Source of the DNA: Candidatus Heimdallarchaeota archaeon
Lineage (GTDB): Archaea > Asgardarchaeota > Heimdallarchaeia > JABLTI01
Reading direction: 5' to 3'
NCBI GenBank assembly: GCA_018238155.1
Contig: JABCTZ010000041.1
Location: forward strand, 1 to 64,000
Length of the DNA: 64,000 nt
Shown here: piece by piece, positions 57,262 to 64,000 of the stretch
Numbering within the stretch: position 1 is the first letter of the stretch
Layout: every line of letters starts with the position of its first letter
Notes under the pieces: generated by a model
Seen by the model: the letters and a program-made list of their open reading frames with translations, nothing else
What the model was told of the DNA's origin: nothing
The model's database searches: none
Position numbers and translations under genes: made by a program

Positions 57262-59451
57262 TTGCCAGAAATAAATTTGTATACAATCGGTACAGTTAAA
57301 ATAACTAAAAAACTAAAAACCAACATTAATATCAGCTCTGAAGAGTTGTTTGAAAAATACTCTGAAATTTCTTCTATACTGTCTTTTGAAAGCAAAGAAA
57401 TGATACGTTTAGCAGTAGATGAAAACCTTGAACCTCAACTACGAAAAAAGAAAGATGAAATTTTAGAATATTTTGAAGCAGTAGAAAGTCAATTACTCCA
57501 ATTGGGTTTTGGTTCTGAAGAAGCAGCTGAAGAAGAAGAAGCTGAAGAATTGAAAGGCGAACAAATGGATGCAAATGACATACCACAACAAACAGATCAG
57601 GATACCTTTGATAAGGAATCCAAACAAAAAGAAGGAAAACTAATTTTAGGTGATCAACAAATGGACTCAAAACTTGTCCCAATTAAAATTAAAGAGAAAA
57701 TTGCTTTGTATCAAGAACGAGATGGTTCTCTTTCAACATCAAAAGAAACTACTCGTACAGGCAAAATAGAAATTTTGAACAATTCAGACAAAGACCGTTT
57801 GTGGGATATTGATCTGAAATTTGAGAATGTTTCTCAAACTGATATTACAGACGAATCTTTTTCCGTTAAAGAATTAGACCCTGAAACATCAAAAGAAATT
57901 GAATATGCTTTTGAAGGAGATGTCATATCTAAATTATCTGTTGAAGAATTCATTTCTACAGCAGGAGATCCAGACATTGAATCTTATTCATTATCTGTTG
58001 GTGCAGAAAATGAAATTTTCATGAGAGTTACAATTAAAAACTCTGAGTATGAAGAAGTTTCTAAAATTGGTGTTTTCAAATTTATACCAGATGAATTCAC
58101 TAACCCACAAATATTAGGGCAATCTCTTGGCAACGCTGAAATCAAAGACAAAGATGGAAAGAACTATGCTCATTGGGAAATCGAAAAACTAGATTCAAAT
58201 GAAGAAGCAACACTTGACTTGCGATTAAACGTCTATATTGATAGCAAAGAGACAAAAATACGCACAGGTGAAGTTGCTTTCAAGTATATCACTTCTGAAA
58301 GTGTTAGTGGAATCAAAATAGGCTCTTTTGACGCTTATACAAATAATTCTTACAATATAATCACATCTGAAATAGATGATGAACCAAATACCTATGAGTG
58401 CAAATTTATTTTTGAGAATACAAGTGAATTTATGATTCGTTTAGTGAACGCTGACGTATATAACGAAGATGATTCAAGCATAAAATATGTTGATATTGAC
58501 CCTAATGAAATCCCAGAAATTCCCGCAGGTGGAAAATGGGAATCAAATGCATGGACTTTTACTGCAGAAGATGGAGAATATCCAACTTTTAAAACTAAAG
58601 TAGAATTCTTTACTATCGCTGATCATCAAATTGCTACAAAAATCAAAGTAAACATTTCTGACTTGGAATTAGCTGTAGCAGCACTTGATGGAGTAATCAA
58701 TTACAGTATCGACAAATTGCCATCTTTCAAGATTACACCATTCAATATTTCTGGAAAAGTAACCAATACAGGTGGTGCACCTCTAAATGAGGTTTCACTT
58801 GTTGAAGAAATTCAAGCAGAATTCTTACCTCCTAAACCATCTCAGGTTGAAGTCTATCTTAATGGAAACATAATTGAAGTTCCTGTTGATGCAATAAAAA
58901 TCGAACCTGATGATCAAGATCCCGGTGTAGAACACACAGTAACAGTTTCCCTTGAGAATCTAAAAGATACAGATGCAGGTTCACTACAACCAGATGAAAA
59001 CATTGAATTCAAATACCCGATCACTGCTTACAATCCAACTAAAGAAACACTCTACAAAGCTAACGCAAAATTATCCGCAAACACATACCCACCTGGTAAA
59101 CCAATAGAAATCCGTGCAGAACCAATAGAAATTATGGTTGAACACATTCGACGCAATATTGCAAAAGGTAAAGATATTCAAGCATTAGCAACTGAAGGAG
59201 AATTCCAAATTACCCTCTCAATCAAGAATATGGGTGAAAGTGAATTAACAAACTACCGTCTCAAAGAAAAAGTTGCTTCAGGATTAATTCTCTCAGATGT
59301 AAGTCATGAAGCTAAAATCTCAGAGAAGGATGGAAATAAGATTCTTGCATGGAAGTTTGAGACAATAGCTCCAGACGAAGTTTTTGCAGTAACCTACAAG
59401 ATAAGCCCTTCTGCTGAAGCAAAAGTAAGTGAAACACAAAAAGATGATTAA
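57262..59451 (+). CDS. Large acidic cytoplasmic multi-beta-sandwich protein, possibly related to the mu-homology domain
   Basis: 729 aa, no signal peptide; acidic linker followed by VPIKIKEKIALYQERDGSL; repeated N....V.V...IP..F....W.I..L motifs. Confidence 0.6.
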   Translation: MPEINLYTIGTVKITKKLKTNINISSEELFEKYSEISSILSFESKEMIRLAVDENLEPQLRKKKDEILEYFEAVESQLLQLGFGSEEAAEEEEAEELKGEQMDANDIPQQTDQDTFDKESKQKEGKLILGDQQMDSKLVPIKIKEKIALYQERDGSLSTSKETTRTGKIEILNNSDKDRLWDIDLKFENVSQTDITDESFSVKELDPETSKEIEYAFEGDVISKLSVEEFISTAGDPDIESYSLSVGAENEIFMRVTIKNSEYEEVSKIGVFKFIPDEFTNPQILGQSLGNAEIKDKDGKNYAHWEIEKLDSNEEATLDLRLNVYIDSKETKIRTGEVAFKYITSESVSGIKIGSFDAYTNNSYNIITSEIDDEPNTYECKFIFENTSEFMIRLVNADVYNEDDSSIKYVDIDPNEIPEIPAGGKWESNAWTFTAEDGEYPTFKTKVEFFTIADHQIATKIKVNISDLELAVAALDGVINYSIDKLPSFKITPFNISGKVTNTGGAPLNEVSLVEEIQAEFLPPKPSQVEVYLNGNIIEVPVDAIKIEPDDQDPGVEHTVTVSLENLKDTDAGSLQPDENIEFKYPITAYNPTKETLYKANAKLSANTYPPGKPIEIRAEPIEIMVEHIRRNIAKGKDIQALATEGEFQITLSIKNMGESELTNYRLKEKVASGLILSDVSHEAKISEKDGNKILAWKFETIAPDEVFAVTYKISPSAEAKVSETQKDD

Positions 59452-59472
59452 TTATCTTCATCTTTTTCTTTT

Positions 59473-60990
59473 CTATTTTTTATTCTTGGCAATTTTCTCA
59501 GACAAGTATTGCCCTGTTCTCAAACCAGAGTGTAGTGCAGTTCCAACACCACCACCACTGACATTTGACCCTGCGAATAAAAGATTCTTGATTTGTGATT
59601 TGAAATTACCAACGATTTGATCATATCTTGTGGCATACCAAGCTCCTTTAGAAACAAGGTTATATCTTTCAAAAGTTAACTGTGTAGACAATTCTCTAGA
59701 GATAATATATTTTGATAAATTAGGTATAGCTTTTTCAACACGAGTAATTATTTTTTGTGTGACTTCTTTTTTCAATTGCTTATACTCTGATTTTCGTTCT
59801 CTTTTATCCTTGGCTTTCCAAGTATCATTCCAATCAAAGGGAGTAAAAGCCAATACAATCATACTTTTTTTGTTTCCAACCTCTAAATTCGGATCTATAT
59901 TTGATGGTATTCTCACACCCAGAAACTCATAATCAAAATAACCTTCTCTAACTCGAGTGATAAGATGATCAAAATCTATTTCGTTGCTAATATTAAAATG
60001 AGGTGGATACTGTGTTAAATCAATGTTTTCTACTGTTAAAAATAGCATTGCACCAGTAACAGATGGTTCTTTACTCTTTATATTATTCAAAAATTGTTTA
60101 TTGAAATTTTCTTCTCCAACATAATTAAAAATAGTTCTTTGAAGGTCAGCATTAGAGATTACCCAAGTACTTTTTAGAATTGTTCCATCAGACAATTTAA
60201 CGCCTTTAACTGCACCTTTAGAAATTACTATTTTATCTACTGTAGATTTATATTTAATTTGTCCACCATTTTTACAATAATGATTAACCAAATTTTCTGC
60301 AAATGCTAACATTCCTCCAACAGGATAATCTATACCAAAGGTATTTGCTTCACTGATAATATTTGCTGCAATTGGCGCAGAAACTTCACTTGATTTTAGA
60401 AAGAGCCAAGTGCAATAGAATTTGAATAAATTCTTTACATTTTCATCGGTTAAAAAACGATCTAACAAATGAGAAAATTTTAACAAGCCATATCGTCTAA
60501 GTTTTGGATATTTAAAAACAACTTTGAGTAATTCACGTATGGTTAATTTAGAGGATGAAAATCCGGAATCTCTAATTTCGTTATTAATTGCATCGCATTC
60601 GTTCAAGAAATTTATTACATTTTCTTTTTCATGTGGGTATTTAGTTTCAATTTCAGTGAGCAGTTTATCTCGAGAAGAATACATATTCAGAAATTCATTG
60701 TCACGAAAATTTGCCTCAATAGGTTCAATTGATTTTAGAGGATGAGTAAAACCTAATTCATTCAAAATCTTATTCGACCTGCTCTTTTCAAAATTGAGCA
60801 TTCCTTCTGCACCTAAATCAAAGTAAACCCCTTTCCTCCTAAAACCAGAGACATATCCACCAGGATAGTTATTATGCTCAATGATTATTGTTTTTAGCGC
60901 CGGATTTTTTGCTTGTAAAAAATTTCCTGCACCTAAACCACCGATTCCAGCACCTATTATAATTACATCAAATTCATTTTCATTTCTCAA
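59473..60990 (-). CDS. Phytoene desaturase-family FAD oxidoreductase (COG1233)
   Basis: IIGAGIGGL, PGGYVSGFRRKG..FD.G, YPVGG, T.LTFERY, NLLFAG...GGGV..A..SG. Confidence 0.88.
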   Translation of the reverse strand: MRNENEFDVIIIGAGIGGLGAGNFLQAKNPALKTIIIEHNNYPGGYVSGFRRKGVYFDLGAEGMLNFEKSRSNKILNELGFTHPLKSIEPIEANFRDNEFLNMYSSRDKLLTEIETKYPHEKENVINFLNECDAINNEIRDSGFSSSKLTIRELLKVVFKYPKLRRYGLLKFSHLLDRFLTDENVKNLFKFYCTWLFLKSSEVSAPIAANIISEANTFGIDYPVGGMLAFAENLVNHYCKNGGQIKYKSTVDKIVISKGAVKGVKLSDGTILKSTWVISNADLQRTIFNYVGEENFNKQFLNNIKSKEPSVTGAMLFLTVENIDLTQYPPHFNISNEIDFDHLITRVREGYFDYEFLGVRIPSNIDPNLEVGNKKSMIVLAFTPFDWNDTWKAKDKRERKSEYKQLKKEVTQKIITRVEKAIPNLSKYIISRELSTQLTFERYNLVSKGAWYATRYDQIVGNFKSQIKNLLFAGSNVSGGGVGTALHSGLRTGQYLSEKIAKNKK

Positions 60991-61081
60991 GAAAATACCT
61001 CAACGAGTTTCAAATAATAGATGGAAATAGGAATGAAAATTGGAATAAATGACTTAGAATAATCAAATATTATTGCTATCT

Positions 61082-62929
61082 TTAAGTCTTTGTTCTATAC
61101 TTCTCTAAATTCAAAGATTTTATACATTCACTTGTGGGAAAACCAGTTGCTTGATCCCAGTCTCTAACTCTATAGTACTCTTTTAATTGAATAGCTAAAT
61201 TAGGAGTGTTTCCTTTTGTTCCACCTTCTTTCAATTTAAACGAAATAACTTTCGGTAAACGATCATTTTCTCTTGTTAATCCAAGTTTCTTGTTTAGCAA
61301 TCTCTTCAAATTAGTTATTCTTGATCCAGCTTTCATTATTTCATCAATTGTTATAGGCCATCCGGTAGCTAGCTCAACTGCTTTAGTAGTATCTTTAAAT
61401 GGAGGTAATGCAAAATGGCACATTATTAGGGCATTATACACTGCTCTAAAATCTTGAACTTTGACAGCTAATGAACCTGCTTCAACATCATCAAATCTAT
61501 CCTTACACTCAAGATTTATTTCAGAAACTGAAACACCTAATCCCATTTTATACCCATCACCATTATTATGACAAGCACCTCGAGATGAGGTAGCATAAAC
61601 TGCAGCCATTGAAAAGAAAGCTCTTGGATCATGATAAGGTAATTCTAAACCGTTAACAGTATGTGCTTCATCAGGTACTCCATAATGAGCAGCCACAGCA
61701 TCAGCACCTTTGACCATTAATTTTCCAATACCTTTTCCAATTGCCATTAATTTTAGTAGTTTAATTGCCGCATCAATATTACCCCAAATAGCAGAAATAC
61801 CTTCTAAATCGGCTTTAGGTATCTTACTCATTTCATTTAAACGAAACACTAATGCAATTATTTGGCTTGCAGAAATAGTATCTAATCCATAAACATTACA
61901 CAAATAATTTGCATAAGCAATCCCTTCCAAATTATCAACAAGCAAGTTAGTACCAAAACCAGCCAATGTTTCAAACTCAGGACCAGCTGTTTGAGGTATA
62001 GCGTATTTGCCTTCATCTATTTTGACTATTCTCCCACAACCAATGATACAACTATAGCAATGATATCTCTTAATGAGGATTGTTTCTTTCATTCGAGAAC
62101 CATCAATAGCTTCCGTATTCTCCATGAATCCTTGGTGCCAATACTTTACTGGAACATCCCCCCATTTCATCCCTCCTGATACATATGCAGCAGTACCAAA
62201 CATAGTTCTACCAACGGAATTTTCTCTAATATTCTTCCTCATTTTTGATATGAGAGCTTTGAACTCTACTAGGTGAGCTATTCCTACGTCTCGAGTAGAT
62301 GATCGCAGAGCTATTGCTTTTAGGTTTTTAGAGCCCATCACAGCTCCCATACCTGTCCGTCCTGCAGCACGATCACCATCATTCATCAATGCAGCAATGG
62401 TACTTTGATTTTCTCCAGCGATGCCTATCGTTGCATAGCTAGAAATTTTCCCATGCTTTTCTTTAAGAACATCACCAACTTCAAAGGATCCTTTACCCCA
62501 AAGTTCTGATGCATCTAGGAATTCAATAGTTCCATCAAAAATAGTAACATACGTAGGTTGAGATGATTTGCCGGAAAAAATCATTCCATCGTATCCGAGA
62601 AATTTCATAAATGCACCAAATTTCCCCCCTGAATTTGATTCACCCCAAATATTGGTCGCGGGAGATTTTGCACAAACAACATGTCTTCCACAATTTGGCG
62701 CTTTCGTTCCTACTAGTGGTCCATTGAAAAATCCTATAGGATTATTTGGTGATAAAGGATCTAATTCTTTTGTTAAGCGTTCAAAAAGGATTGCAGCAGC
62801 TAGTCCACTTCCACCAATATATTGATGATATAATTCTTCTTTTGGATTTAAAATACTAGTTTTTTCTGTTGTCAGATTGATTTCAAGGATTTTACCAGTA
62901 TTGCCAAAATAATCCATGCTTTTTTTCAC
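61082..62929 (-). CDS. aor: Tungsten-dependent aldehyde:ferredoxin oxidoreductase family
   Basis: KSPAT..WGESNSGG.F, AAGRTGMGAVMGSKNLKAI, CYSCIIGC, GPEFET, GLDTIS, RGACH, EYYRVRDWD. Confidence 0.93.
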   Translation of the reverse strand: MKKSMDYFGNTGKILEINLTTEKTSILNPKEELYHQYIGGSGLAAAILFERLTKELDPLSPNNPIGFFNGPLVGTKAPNCGRHVVCAKSPATNIWGESNSGGKFGAFMKFLGYDGMIFSGKSSQPTYVTIFDGTIEFLDASELWGKGSFEVGDVLKEKHGKISSYATIGIAGENQSTIAALMNDGDRAAGRTGMGAVMGSKNLKAIALRSSTRDVGIAHLVEFKALISKMRKNIRENSVGRTMFGTAAYVSGGMKWGDVPVKYWHQGFMENTEAIDGSRMKETILIKRYHCYSCIIGCGRIVKIDEGKYAIPQTAGPEFETLAGFGTNLLVDNLEGIAYANYLCNVYGLDTISASQIIALVFRLNEMSKIPKADLEGISAIWGNIDAAIKLLKLMAIGKGIGKLMVKGADAVAAHYGVPDEAHTVNGLELPYHDPRAFFSMAAVYATSSRGACHNNGDGYKMGLGVSVSEINLECKDRFDDVEAGSLAVKVQDFRAVYNALIMCHFALPPFKDTTKAVELATGWPITIDEIMKAGSRITNLKRLLNKKLGLTRENDRLPKVISFKLKEGGTKGNTPNLAIQLKEYYRVRDWDQATGFPTSECIKSLNLEKYRTKT

Positions 62930-63088
62930 ACCTTTCTCTAAATTACACTAACAACTTTCAATCATAAAAGTATCCTATTGATTTTTTGCTTGAAGAAGTA
63001 GCTTGTCCATAAAAAAAAACTCTTAAAGCTTAAACAACTTAACTTAGAATAAGAAAAAACCTAACACTAATAACTGGAGAGTTTTTAT

Positions 63089-64000
63089 TTGTCTGAAATA
63101 ATAAATGAATTAGAACTTAGTAATAATGAAGAGAAAATTTATCTTTTACTTCTCTCAATGGGACAACTTTCAACAGCAGAAATTGCGCAAATGATTGAAG
63201 GAAAGGTTTCCGAAGTAGAAAATAATGTAAATATATTGATTGGTAAAGATTTGGTTTTTCCAAATCCGGGTATTGTCAAAAAATATTCAGCAGTTTATCC
63301 TTTGGTTTCTCTCTCAGAAAAAGCAAAAGATTCCCTTGACATAGTACAATCTCTTGGTGAAGAAATTAACACTTATTCTGCAGAAAAATTTGAAACCTTA
63401 GATAAAATTCTGAATAATCAAAAAGAAACTATCATTAAAATAGCCACAGAAGCGAAAGAAGAAAACAGACTTTCAACTGATTCAGCAACAACAGAAATAT
63501 CTTCAGATATTGAAAAATTGATTGATGATATAAGTCAGATCCTAAACACCGAAAGTCTAGTAATTACTGAATTAGCCACCAGCACGACTATCAATATTAA
63601 TAAACACTATCAGGAAACAAATGAAACTGTTGGTAATGCAATAAGCTCTACTGTTAGCAATGTAGTCAATTCTTTAAATGAATCACAAACAAGTATCACA
63701 AAATCCTTTGATGATTCATCATTAAAAGTAGGTACTGCAGCTGGTGTCTTAGAGAATAGCTTACAAGCTTTACTTGATAATAATTTGAGTGAGAATATCT
63801 CTATCAACAAAGAAATACATGCTAAATTAAACAAAGCTATTGAGGAATACAATAAAGCATCTTTAAATAATGTGAACCTCAATGGACAAACTATTTCTGA
63901 TAATTATGCAAGTGTCATAGATGTTGTTAATACAAGATTAACTTCTCAAGGGAAAGAAACAAATCAAATTCTCGGAGAGCGTATACGCAATATTTCAGAT
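63089..64000 (+). CDS. TrmB-like N-terminal HTH followed by a long helical/coiled-coil region (partial, runs off window)
   Basis: Hand translation from TTG 63089 (GGAG SD): LSEIINELELSNNEEKIYLLLLSMGQLSTAEIAQ...LIGKDLV..NPGIVKKYSAVYP; no stop seen to the window end. Confidence 0.8.
   Translation, partial: MSEIINELELSNNEEKIYLLLLSMGQLSTAEIAQMIEGKVSEVENNVNILIGKDLVFPNPGIVKKYSAVYPLVSLSEKAKDSLDIVQSLGEEINTYSAEKFETLDKILNNQKETIIKIATEAKEENRLSTDSATTEISSDIEKLIDDISQILNTESLVITELATSTTININKHYQETNETVGNAISSTVSNVVNSLNESQTSITKSFDDSSLKVGTAAGVLENSLQALLDNNLSENISINKEIHAKLNKAIEEYNKASLNNVNLNGQTISDNYASVIDVVNTRLTSQGKETNQILGERIRNISD

Noticed and set aside
63610-63882. 90 aa minus-strand ORF in the track
   Set aside because: Antisense to the open plus-strand TrmB/coiled-coil gene starting at 63089

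Overview
AT-rich (roughly 30% GC by eye) archaeal chromosomal window, most likely from an Asgard archaeon of Heimdallarchaeia type. That assignment is inferred from two Rab-like small GTPases, a Roadblock protein, a TPR-longin fusion, a TrmB-HTH/coiled-coil protein and several PGF/CTERM-anchored surface proteins. The window carries an accessory 5' region (ArdC-like relic, plus a secreted HExxH metallopeptidase/partner cassette bounded by a ~190 bp direct repeat with an 11-bp VNTR), a DUF134/NifX/MinD-type Fe-S cluster, an icd-aconitase-citDEFX operon, surface proteins, a DRG GTPase, a thioredoxin/HIT-DUF3179 operon, an M1 aminopeptidase, an M20 peptidase disrupted by a foreign MFS-bearing segment, a K+-independent membrane PPase, a GGCC-type restriction-modification pair, a protein resembling the mu-homology domain, and AOR. 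No rRNA, tRNA, CRISPR array or intact transposase was recognised. The best candidates for new biology are: (1) two separate pairs of a small GTPase with a Zn-finger/folliculin-DENN-like protein; (2) a polymorphic peptidase/partner cassette array with orphan partners; (3) ACP-type citrate lyase co-transcribed with aconitase and IDH in an archaeon. All family calls come from motif recognition by eye; no database search was run.
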